Below are positions 37,116 to 45,547 of a DNA stretch of 64,000 nucleotides, one piece after another. The notes under the pieces are model-generated. The model had not been told where the DNA came from. It ran no database searches and was given only the letters and a program-made list of their open reading frames with translations. Where the stretch lies: the NCBI GenBank assembly GCA_026995935.1, contig JALWNK010000023.1, positions 73,399 to 137,398 of the forward strand, read 5' to 3'. This stretch comes from Deltaproteobacteria bacterium. GTDB lineage: Bacteria > Desulfobacterota > Dissulfuribacteria > Dissulfuribacterales > QOAL01. A program made the position numbers and the translations under genes. Position 1 is the first letter of the stretch. Every line of letters begins with the position of its first letter.

Positions 37116-39094
37116 TTTTCCCTCCTTACTACCTTGACATTGGGCAATCTCGATGGGGTTTTTATCTCAAAATTTGAGACAAACTTGTCATATAGTATCT
37201 GCGTGGACAAGATGCCAACAAATGCCATGTTTTCCCTGAATCCCTGTCTTGCATTTTTGCGGCATTTTGAAACAAGCTTTTCAACTGCCTTAGGCTTAAA
37301 AATGCCGTAATTTCTTATAGTTTCATCGGATATGTAATATTCAACGTAATCTGGAATCTCTTCTCCAAAAAAGCTCAAGATGTCAGGAGCCATGTATGGC
37401 TGTTTCCTGCGTCTTGTAATTTCTTGAGGAAGCTCGTTTTCAAACACCTTTCTAAGTATGTACTTTTCATCAAGTACCTTCATCTTCATGGTGGTGGGCA
37501 ACCTTGCTGCAAAGTCTGCAACATGGTGGTCAAGATAAGGGAAACGGCCCTCGATGGAGTTTGCCATGGCCATTCTGTCCCCCTGGGAAGAGAGCAGGTA
37601 GTTTGAAAGGAGAAGGGCGGTTTCCAGATACTGGGCCCTTGAAAACCAGTCAAGCCTCTTTAGATCCTGTTCAATCTCCCCTTCAAGAAGACTCACGGAA
37701 TCAGAGGTTTCATCCAGGAGGACGTTTCTTAGAAATTTGGGCAGGCTGCTGGTTGTCTTCCACCTTGGCAAGTGACTGTAAAAGGGGTCGTTTGGGTCTG
37801 CATCTGTTTCAAAGAAGCTTCTGGCAATGGCGGCAGACTTTGAAGGGGAAAGGGCAAGGTAGGGATAGAGGCGTTTAAAAAGAAGGGGGCGGCAGTTGGA
37901 ATCTGGATGTCTTGACACAAATAGTCTGATTTTTGTCTCTTTGAAGATGTCGTAGCCCCCAAAGACCTCATCCGCACCTTCCCCAGTGAGAACCACCTTG
38001 TACCCTGTGCTTTTAACCAGGCCCGAGAGCATGAGAAGGGGAACAGGAGCTGTTCGAAGGATTGGGCATTCACAGTGCCAGATTGCCCTAGGGAAAAGAT
38101 CGGCGATCTTTTTATACGAACAGGAAACCACGTTGTGCTCAGTGCCAAGGTGTCCTGCCAAAAGCCTCTGTTCCTCGCTTTCGTCATAGACCTTGTCGGT
38201 GAATGAAACAGAAAAGGTCTTTAGTGGGCTGTCCGTGTACCTGTGGATGATGTTTGTTATGATTGATGAATCAAGTCCGCCGCTAAGATATGCCCCTACA
38301 GGTACATCCGCCCGAAGCCTTATCCGCACCGAATCTATGAGAAGCCCCTTGAGTTTCTTGCAAATTTCCCCTTCCCCCTTGTTAAAAGGTGGTTTAAGGC
38401 CAAGAGGAATCTGCCAGTAGTCTTTGACTGTTATTTCGTGGTTTTTGTCTATTACAAGAAGGTGACCTGGCTTAAGTTGATTTACATCCTTAAAAGATGT
38501 CCTTTCTCCATGGGTTGACCAGAAGGTGAATATGTCTCTTATGGCCTGAGGGTCAATTTCCCGCTTGAGGGCGTTATCTGCGTTAAAAATGGACTTTATT
38601 TCTGATGCGAAGAAAAATCTGTCATTAAAGCGCGAGTAAAAAAGCGGCCTTATCCCATATCTGTCCCTTGAAAGGATGAGCCTGTCTTTTTTTAGGTCCA
38701 AAAGGGCTATTGCAAACTGTCCGTTTAGATAGACTGGGAAATCAAGGCCCTTTTCCTCGTAAAGGTGGACTATTACCTCTGTATCAGAGGAGGTTGAAAA
38801 GTGGTGCCCCTGTGTCTCAAGTTCCTTTCTAAGCTCAACATAGTTGAATATCTCGCCGTTAAATACCACCCATATGGAATCGTCTTCGTTTGAAATGGGC
38901 TGCCATCCGCCTTCAAGGTCTATAATGCTAAGCCTTGCATGGGCAAGGCCCTTATTTTTGTCCAGGAAGAAACCAAATCCGTCAGGCCCCCTGTGTTTAA
39001 GGGGCCAGATCATCCTTTCAAGGACTTTCTGCCCCTTTTCAAAGGGAAACCCTTTGGCTTTTCCAAGTATTTCAAAGCCTGCTATTCCGCACAT
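37103..39094 (-). CDS. Asparagine synthetase B-family glutamine amidotransferase
   Basis: Begins MCGIAGF (Cys2 nucleophile of class II GATase) and has the synthetase PP-motif YLSGGLDSS. 663 aa. Confidence 0.85.
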   Translation of the reverse strand: MCGIAGFEILGKAKGFPFEKGQKVLERMIWPLKHRGPDGFGFFLDKNKGLAHARLSIIDLEGGWQPISNEDDSIWVVFNGEIFNYVELRKELETQGHHFSTSSDTEVIVHLYEEKGLDFPVYLNGQFAIALLDLKKDRLILSRDRYGIRPLFYSRFNDRFFFASEIKSIFNADNALKREIDPQAIRDIFTFWSTHGERTSFKDVNQLKPGHLLVIDKNHEITVKDYWQIPLGLKPPFNKGEGEICKKLKGLLIDSVRIRLRADVPVGAYLSGGLDSSIITNIIHRYTDSPLKTFSVSFTDKVYDESEEQRLLAGHLGTEHNVVSCSYKKIADLFPRAIWHCECPILRTAPVPLLMLSGLVKSTGYKVVLTGEGADEVFGGYDIFKETKIRLFVSRHPDSNCRPLLFKRLYPYLALSPSKSAAIARSFFETDADPNDPFYSHLPRWKTTSSLPKFLRNVLLDETSDSVSLLEGEIEQDLKRLDWFSRAQYLETALLLSNYLLSSQGDRMAMANSIEGRFPYLDHHVADFAARLPTTMKMKVLDEKYILRKVFENELPQEITRRRKQPYMAPDILSFFGEEIPDYVEYYISDETIRNYGIFKPKAVEKLVSKCRKNARQGFRENMAFVGILSTQILYDKFVSNFEIKTPSRLPNVKVVRRENCRT

Positions 39095-39239
39095 TTATCA
39101 GTAGAATAAACTCTCTGTCTTTTGAAACTTAAATAGTAACTGAGAAAATTATACACCTTCTAGACTAATATTTCATGAGGTACCAATTGCTTTTGGTTCC
39201 TCTCTTTTAGAATTTATCGGCTGATTTATACGAATTTCT

Positions 39240-39698
39240 TCAGGGATTTTCGGTAATTGGCTGTCTTAATGCATAGGAGACCTCCTGGATGCTTCCGCTT
39301 AGCCCTGGGATTATCCTTATGGCCTTTATGGACAGGGATTTCCCGTTTTTGCCCTGCTTAAGGAGCCTTCCTTCAAGGGTGAGTATCTCGCTGGTGTATA
39401 TGACTTTTCCCCATCTTTCTTGCACATTGGGCATGATCACCGCGTCAAGAAGCCCTGTTTCATCTTCAAGGGTTGCAAAGATTATCCTTTTGCCAGAGCG
39501 GGTGGGAGGGGTATGAAAAAAGATGACAAGACCTGTCACCACTACCCTGCTGCCTGAAGGAAGACTTGAAAGCATAGAGGCAGGTACGGCTCCCTGCCTG
39601 GAAATATCTCTTCTTAATGCAGAAACCGGGTGAAAATGGCAGTACACCTCCATGAACGTGCGCTCAAGGAGGATCTTTTCAAGCCGCGTCTCTTTCAT
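39240..39698 (-). CDS. C-terminal OB-fold portion of the DnaE2/ImuC-like polymerase, in a different frame from the upstream body
   Basis: The 152-aa ORF begins ..LEKILLERTFMEVYCHFHPVSALRR and has an OB-fold-like SRVVVTGLVIFFH...IIFATLEDETGLLDAVI. These are the regions that normally follow the polymerase core in one polypeptide. Confidence 0.6.
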   Translation of the reverse strand: MKETRLEKILLERTFMEVYCHFHPVSALRRDISRQGAVPASMLSSLPSGSRVVVTGLVIFFHTPPTRSGKRIIFATLEDETGLLDAVIMPNVQERWGKVIYTSEILTLEGRLLKQGKNGKSLSIKAIRIIPGLSGSIQEVSYALRQPITENP

Positions 39699-42339
39699 GG
39701 AAACGTAAGCCTTGCGAGGTATCTACGGGGAGCCCGGAAAGCGCTCCGGAAAAGATTATGCCGTAACGGGCAGCCCTTGAAAGCCTTATCCTTGAGAAAA
39801 AGTCCTCCCAGCTCCTGAACCTGCCCCCTTTTTGCCTTTCCGAAACGATCTTTTTTGCACCCTCAATGCCTATTCCCCTTATTACGTGTAGAGGCACGCG
39901 GATACCATTGCCTTCCCGCCTGTATTCCCAGCCGCTTACGTTTACGTGGGGAGGAAGGGTCTTGAGGCCGGCCCTTCTCGCCTCGTTAAGTATCACAAAT
40001 GGCGGATAGGAGCCAACGTGCCCTGCGTTCAGGAGCCCGATGTAAAAGGCCAGGGGCTGATGGGCCTTAAGCCAGGCGCTTTGCCATGTGATGTGTGAAA
40101 AGGATACCGCATGGGCCTTGCAGAATCCGTAGGCTGCAAAGGCCGCTATGCGCTCAAAGACAAGCTCTGAAAGGGCCCTGTCCCTTCCCATCCTTTTTGC
40201 CCCCTCCATGAAGGCGGCCTTGAGCCGGCCCATCTCCCCCTTGGAGCGGTCCTTTGTCATGGCGCGCCTGAATGCGTCTGCATCAGAGTATGAAAAGCCA
40301 GCAAAGCGGTGCACTATCCTGAGGACCTGTTCCTGAAAGACAATTACCCCGCAGGTTGGGGAGAGGATGTCTGATAGACATTCGTGCAGTATGTCCGTCT
40401 CTTCAGCACCGTCTCGTCTTTTTATGAACCTGTTTACCATGTCTGACTTGACAGGCCCTGGCCTGAAAAGGGATATCTCTATCACGATGTCATCAAAGCA
40501 CCTTGGCTGGAGCCTCCCCACAAGGTTTCTCTGGCCAGATGACTCTATCTGGAAGACTCCCAGGGTATTTCCTGAGCAGAGAAGATCAAAGGTCCTTTTG
40601 TCATCAAGGGGCAAATGGTCCATATCTATGCTCATCCCTTCCTGACTGAGCACCTCTATGGCCTTTTTTATGGCAGTGTGCATCCTTAGCCCCAGAAGAT
40701 CCAGCTTCAAAAGGCCCAGGATGTCAACGTCATCCTTGTCGAGCTGGGCAATGGGAAAGCCCTTTCTGGAAGGAAAGACCGGGCTCCAGTTGTTTATATG
40801 ATCAGGAACAAGGATTACGCCCCCAAGGTGCACAGAGGCCTGAAAGGGAAGGCCCTCCATGGATGCGGCCACGCAAAGAAGGGCCTCTTCGTGCCTGAGG
40901 GGTGAATCCTTGAGCTCTGGCAGCCTCTCTATGGCCTCAAGAAGGGGAATGCCCCTAAGTGACCAGGGAAGACACCTTGAAAGCCTGTCTATTTCTTTAA
41001 GGGGATAGCCCATGGCCCTTGCCGCAAGCCTGACAGCGCCCCTCACCCTCATGGTGTGGACGGTTGATACCAGGGCTGCCTGCATCCTTTCACCAGAATA
41101 GCCTGTGCCAGAAGTGGCCACAGCCGGTGAAAATCGCTTAATGAGCCAGCTCGTTACCTCGTCCCTTCTTTCAGAGTCAAAGTCAATGTCTATGTCCGGA
41201 AGGTCGTTTCTTCCATCATTTATGAATCTTTCAAAGAGAAGGCCGTGTTTGATTGGGTCGGGGCCACCGTGAAGGAGATGGACAAGGAGGGAGCCTGCCG
41301 CAGAGCCCCTTATGGAGTGCCTTATCCCCCTTTTTCTGGCAAAGAGGCACACCTCGTTTACAAGGAGAAAGAAATCGCAAAGCCCCTTTTTCCTTACTGT
41401 TTCAAGCTCCCTGTCAAGGGCGGCAATGTAGGAAAACGGGGTGAGCGTGCCTTTTCTGGCAAGACACTTTAGGGCCCTTCTTGCAAGTATCCTTTCCGCC
41501 TCCTCCCTTTTCCTGAAACGAGGGGGATGAAGCCTTCCTTTTGGAAATGAAAAACCAGAGCACATACTTGCTATCTCACCTGAAGCAGGTATGGCCCCTT
41601 GGACTTCCATCTTCCTTGACATCTGCTCCTTTGATAGGAGAAAGAAGGAGTCGTTTGGAAGGGGACGGATGTCCCTGTGGTGATGCCTTCTTTGGACCTC
41701 AACAAGTATCTTGTGGACCTGGAAATCTCCCCTTTCAAGGTATGCCGTGTGATTTAGGGCAACGGCCCCTAAGCCAAGTTTTCGGGAAATTTCCATGAAA
41801 ACCAGGTTTGCATCCCTGTCTGAAGGCACGTTTTGCTGAAGGCAGAAGTAGAGGTTTCCTTCTCCAAATATCCTTTCAAGCAAAAGGACGCGCCTTTTGC
41901 ATGCGTCCATACGCCCCTTGGAGGCCTGTTTTCTTAAAAGAGAGCCGTGGCATCCGCAAATACAGACGATCCCTTTACCCAGCCCTTCCACCTTTTTGAG
42001 GAGAAGCGGGGAAGGGGGGCTTTGGGTGTTTTTCTGCCCCGCAAGCCCTGCTGAGATGATGCGGCAGATGTTTGAATAGCCTGAAAGGTCCTTTGCAAGA
42101 AGTACCACCCAGCCTGCGCCTTCAATCTCAATACGTGCACCCACTATGGGCTGCATCCCCTCTTTCAGACAACACCTGTAGAACCTGGCAACACCCCAGG
42201 TGTTCCAGATGTCCGTAAGGGCCACTGCCTCCTGCCCCAGGGCCCGTGCTCTCTTTACCAGGGCCCTTGGAGAAAATGTGCCGTAGAGAAAGGAGTAGGC
42301 GCTTGTGACATCGAGATTTACAAAGTGGTATTTCGACAA
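39679..42339 (-). CDS. dnaE2: Error-prone DNA polymerase DnaE2/ImuC-like, N-terminal 886 codons (interrupted gene)
   Basis: DnaE-family motifs are present: PDIDIDFDS, GLLKLDLLGL, GVFQIES, RPGP and FCKAHAVSF. The PHP region is degenerate. The start is TTG, 5 nt after the lexA stop. It ends at a TGA at 39679, overlapping the next ORF by 20 nt. Confidence 0.75.
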   Translation of the reverse strand: MSKYHFVNLDVTSAYSFLYGTFSPRALVKRARALGQEAVALTDIWNTWGVARFYRCCLKEGMQPIVGARIEIEGAGWVVLLAKDLSGYSNICRIISAGLAGQKNTQSPPSPLLLKKVEGLGKGIVCICGCHGSLLRKQASKGRMDACKRRVLLLERIFGEGNLYFCLQQNVPSDRDANLVFMEISRKLGLGAVALNHTAYLERGDFQVHKILVEVQRRHHHRDIRPLPNDSFFLLSKEQMSRKMEVQGAIPASGEIASMCSGFSFPKGRLHPPRFRKREEAERILARRALKCLARKGTLTPFSYIAALDRELETVRKKGLCDFFLLVNEVCLFARKRGIRHSIRGSAAGSLLVHLLHGGPDPIKHGLLFERFINDGRNDLPDIDIDFDSERRDEVTSWLIKRFSPAVATSGTGYSGERMQAALVSTVHTMRVRGAVRLAARAMGYPLKEIDRLSRCLPWSLRGIPLLEAIERLPELKDSPLRHEEALLCVAASMEGLPFQASVHLGGVILVPDHINNWSPVFPSRKGFPIAQLDKDDVDILGLLKLDLLGLRMHTAIKKAIEVLSQEGMSIDMDHLPLDDKRTFDLLCSGNTLGVFQIESSGQRNLVGRLQPRCFDDIVIEISLFRPGPVKSDMVNRFIKRRDGAEETDILHECLSDILSPTCGVIVFQEQVLRIVHRFAGFSYSDADAFRRAMTKDRSKGEMGRLKAAFMEGAKRMGRDRALSELVFERIAAFAAYGFCKAHAVSFSHITWQSAWLKAHQPLAFYIGLLNAGHVGSYPPFVILNEARRAGLKTLPPHVNVSGWEYRREGNGIRVPLHVIRGIGIEGAKKIVSERQKGGRFRSWEDFFSRIRLSRAARYGIIFSGALSGLPVDTSQGLRFHERDAA

Positions 42340-42344
42340 GGAAC

Positions 42345-42962
42345 CTACCCCCTTCTCCTTATTATGCCTGCAAGCCTTCCCAGGATGTGCACCCGTTTTG
42401 CCTCTTTTCCCTTAAAGACAAGGGGCTCGTAGGCTGGGTTTGCCGCATGGAGCTCCACTTTATCCCCTGTCTTTTTGATGATTTTGAGGGTTGCCTCAAG
42501 AAGAAGGCCCTCCACCTGCACCGCTGCTATCTGTCCGCTTTCAACATCCGAACAGGGCCGGATAACGGCAATGTCCCCATCCTCGATGTGGGCATCTATC
42601 ATGGAGTCCCCTTTAACGTAGAGACCAAAGCAGTCCTCATGGCCAAAGACAGAGCAGTCCACCTGAAGTTCTTCAAGAAGGTCGTCTTGCGCCTCAATGG
42701 GAATACCTGCGGCAATTCTTCCAAGAACAGGCATCTTTTTTGGGGAAAAGGGCCTGTTTACAGGCCTCCATGCCCTTTTCTTTCCTGGGATGGAGCTTAG
42801 ATACCCCTTTTTTTCAAGACTTCTTAGAATCCTGTGCACCCCGGAGGTGCTCTTAAGGCCGAAATGTTCGCATATTTCCCTTATGGAGGGGCTTATGCCC
42901 TCCCTTTCAATGTGCTTCTCTATGAAATCAAGCACCTGTTTCTGCCTTCTGGTGGGTTTCAT
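42345..42962 (-). CDS. lexA: LexA repressor
   Basis: From the ATG at 42962 the protein reads MKPTRRQKQVLDFIEKHIEREGISPSIREICEHFGL (wHTH). It has the cleavage site RIAAGIP (Ala-Gly), the catalytic Ser in GDSM and Lys in LKIIKK. The ORF-track TTG start at 42998 would put the operator and -10 box inside the coding sequence. Confidence 0.9.
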   Translation of the reverse strand: MKPTRRQKQVLDFIEKHIEREGISPSIREICEHFGLKSTSGVHRILRSLEKKGYLSSIPGKKRAWRPVNRPFSPKKMPVLGRIAAGIPIEAQDDLLEELQVDCSVFGHEDCFGLYVKGDSMIDAHIEDGDIAVIRPCSDVESGQIAAVQVEGLLLEATLKIIKKTGDKVELHAANPAYEPLVFKGKEAKRVHILGRLAGIIRRRG

Positions 42963-42969
42963 GCACTCT

Positions 42970-42998
42970 ATTATAGTGAACAAATGTTCACCTTTCAA
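42970..42998 (-). promoter_or_regulatory. Sigma-70 promoter TTGAAA-N17-TATAAT of the lexA-dnaE2 operon
   Basis: On the minus strand the -35 TTGAAA is at 42993..42998 and the -10 TATAAT is at 42970..42975, with an exact 17-nt spacer. Only 7 nt separate the -10 box from the lexA ATG. Confidence 0.6.
42976..42991. promoter_or_regulatory. Probable LexA operator GTGAAC-AAAT-GTTCAC (GAAC-N4-GTTC, Cheo-box-like palindrome)
   Basis: A perfect 6+6 inverted repeat fills the promoter spacer. The core matches the GAAC-N4-GTTC SOS box known from Gram-positive and some other lineages. Confidence 0.6.
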
Positions 42999-43042
42999 GC
43001 CCTGAAAGTTGATGAGCCTGCTTTTGCAGAAAGATGTTCTAG

Positions 43043-43969
43043 TTAAGAGACTGAAAGTATCAGGTTTATGAGCCTGTAAAGCACAGGCAGTGTAAGAAAG
43101 CTCAGGAAGATACCAGCTCCAACCAGGGCTGCCGTAAGCCTCGGTGAGAGATTGGCAAGTATGGCCAGGGCCCCTGCCGATACCATGGGAGGCATTCCTG
43201 CCTCAAAGACGGCCACCCTTGCTGGCTCTCCTCCCATTCCAAGCAACCTTACCATCAAAAGGGCAAAGGCCGGGGCTGCTACAAGCTTAAGGAATAGCCC
43301 CGAGGCTAAGGGACCAAGGGTGCCTGGCTCAAGCCGCAGCCTTAGCTGGTAGCCAACGGCAATCATCACCACTGGCACAAGGGTAGCACCAAGGCTCGAA
43401 AGGACCTGGTGTGCCACCTGGGGAAGCGGCGGCATGAATTTCAAGCAAAATACAAGTATCAAGGCAATAAATGGCGGAAAGGTGATAATTTTCATTAATA
43501 TTTCATGAAGACCAGGTGCAGTCTTACTCTCCTTGCCATAAATGGCAAGGACAAGGGAGCCATAGGTGGCAAGCCCCAGAAAAGAACCAAGCTGATCGTA
43601 GATGATTGCAAAGCTTACTCCATGTTCTCCAAAAAAGGCTCGTACCATTGGAATTCCAAGAAAAGAGGTGTTTCCAAGACATGCCATGAGTAGCAGGCAG
43701 CCTGTCACCTGGCTGTTCCATCTGTTAATCCTAGACATCAAAAAGACAGCCACTGCTCCAAAGGCCATCATTACCCATGGAAGAATGGCAACAAGGAGTA
43801 GCTCCCGACCAAGCCTCATGCCAGGAACCTTCAAAAGCACAAGGGCAGGAAGGGATACGTAAATGACAAAAAGATTCAGGCTGTTTGAAAAGTCATCAGG
43901 AAGCCTCCTGGTAAGCCTCAAGGCCATGCCCAAAAAGAGATATGCCAGTGTTATGATGAAGTTTTCCAT
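43043..43969 (-). CDS. AEC (auxin efflux carrier) family transporter
   Basis: 308 aa with about 10 TM segments. The N-terminal sequence FIITLAYLFLGMALR...SLNLFVIYVSLPALVL is typical of the family. Confidence 0.7.
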   Translation of the reverse strand: MENFIITLAYLFLGMALRLTRRLPDDFSNSLNLFVIYVSLPALVLLKVPGMRLGRELLLVAILPWVMMAFGAVAVFLMSRINRWNSQVTGCLLLMACLGNTSFLGIPMVRAFFGEHGVSFAIIYDQLGSFLGLATYGSLVLAIYGKESKTAPGLHEILMKIITFPPFIALILVFCLKFMPPLPQVAHQVLSSLGATLVPVVMIAVGYQLRLRLEPGTLGPLASGLFLKLVAAPAFALLMVRLLGMGGEPARVAVFEAGMPPMVSAGALAILANLSPRLTAALVGAGIFLSFLTLPVLYRLINLILSVS

Positions 43970-44133
43970 GGTGATAAAAACCCTTGAGCCGTCTTTGGTT
44001 CAGCAGATATTACTATCTGAAGCCGGCCAGACAAGGGCGAACAGGAAGAGATAAGTATATCTTGATGAATGTCTTTTCCCAAAAAGGTGTTATTATCCTA
44101 TCTGAATAAGCCCGCATTAGAAAGGACACAGAC

Positions 44134-45516
44134 ATGGCGCACGTATTAATAGTCGGCGGGGGAATGAGCGGCCTTTCCCTGGCCTGGTACCTGAAACAGT
44201 TCCAAAAGGGATGGGACATTACCATTTTCGAGGCAGATGAAAGGGTAGGGGGAAAGGCATGGACGGAAAGGGAAGACGGCTTTATCATGGAGCGTGGGGT
44301 AAATGGCGTTCTTGACAACAAGCCTTCGACCCTGGAGCTTGCCGCAGCCCTTGGTGTTACTCCCATTAGAAGCAACGACGCCTCCCGCATTCGCTTTGTG
44401 GTGAGAAACGGTCGGCTTGTGAGACTTCCTGACTCCCCAAGGGCCTTTTTCACATCTCCTGTTCTTTCTCCCTGGGGAAAGATGCGCCTTATGGGAGAAT
44501 TCTTTATTCCTCCTGGAGCTGAGGATAAGGATGAATCCCTTGCCGCCTTTGCCATAAGGCGTCTTGGGGATGAGGCCTACAGATACCTCATTGACCCCAT
44601 GGCATCTGGAATCTATGCGGGAAACCCAGAGCGTCTTTCCCTAAAAGCCTGCTTTCCAAGGATACACGAACTTGAAACAAGGTATGGAAGCCTTATTTGG
44701 GCCATGATAAGTCTTCAAAAAGAGGCAAGAAAGGCAAAAAAAACTGGGCCTTCTGCAGGGCCAGGGGGAGTGCTCACATCCTTTACTGGCGGAATGGAAG
44801 ACCTGGTAGACGCCCTAAGAAAGGCACTTACGGAAGAAATAGAGGTAAATGCTACGGTTGAAGGGGTAGAGTTCACAGACGGTAACTGGCAGGTTCAGCT
44901 TGCAGACGGAAGGGCCTTTTCCGGAACCCACCTTGTGCTTTCTCTTCCTGCCTTTGAGGCCGCACGGGTCGTAAGTCCCTTTTCTTCAAGGCTCTCCTTT
45001 CTTTTTTCAAAGATAGAATATCCACCAATAGCAGTTTGCGCCCTTGGCATAAAAAGGGAAAAGATGGAAAATCCGCTTAACGGCTTTGGCTTTCTTTGCC
45101 CCTTTTGCGAATCAAGAAAGGTGCTTGGCGGTCTTTGGGACTCATCCGTTTTTGAACACAGGGCCCCAAGTGGCTATCATCTTGTAAGGTGCCTTATTGG
45201 GGGCATGAGAAACAGGCACATACTTGAAAAGAGCGACCATGAAATAGCCGGTCTTGCCATATCAGAGCTAAAGGCCCTGACTGGCCTAAAAGGTGCCCCA
45301 GACCTTGTAAGGGTCTTCAGGTGGCAGCGGGCCATACCTCAATATCACGTGGGGCATCTGGCCCTGGTTGAAGAGATAGGACAGGGGCTTAGAAAGTTTC
45401 CCAACCTCTTTATCCGTTGCAACTGGATAGGAGGGGTAAGCCTAAACGACTGCGTTCTAAACTCAAAGATCCTTGCCCGGAAAATGGCAGAGGGGAAGGA
45501 TGTCAGCAGGTTTTAG
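44134..45516 (+). CDS. hemY: FAD-dependent protoporphyrinogen/coproporphyrinogen oxidase (HemY family)
   Basis: 460 aa with an N-terminal dinucleotide fold VLIVGGGMSGLSLAWYL...FEADERVGGK. The family-typical C-terminal region reads RWQRAIPQYHVGH. Confidence 0.78.
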   Translation: MAHVLIVGGGMSGLSLAWYLKQFQKGWDITIFEADERVGGKAWTEREDGFIMERGVNGVLDNKPSTLELAAALGVTPIRSNDASRIRFVVRNGRLVRLPDSPRAFFTSPVLSPWGKMRLMGEFFIPPGAEDKDESLAAFAIRRLGDEAYRYLIDPMASGIYAGNPERLSLKACFPRIHELETRYGSLIWAMISLQKEARKAKKTGPSAGPGGVLTSFTGGMEDLVDALRKALTEEIEVNATVEGVEFTDGNWQVQLADGRAFSGTHLVLSLPAFEAARVVSPFSSRLSFLFSKIEYPPIAVCALGIKREKMENPLNGFGFLCPFCESRKVLGGLWDSSVFEHRAPSGYHLVRCLIGGMRNRHILEKSDHEIAGLAISELKALTGLKGAPDLVRVFRWQRAIPQYHVGHLALVEEIGQGLRKFPNLFIRCNWIGGVSLNDCVLNSKILARKMAEGKDVSRF

Positions 45517-45547
45517 ACGTTAAGAGACCTGGGCCTTAAAAAGAGTA

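Noticed and set aside
44013-44555. A 180-aa minus-strand ORF overlapping the start of hemY and the upstream intergenic region.
   Set aside because: It is antisense to a well-supported FAD-oxidase gene, has no SD, and its composition is Ser/Pro/Arg-rich with no recognisable motif.
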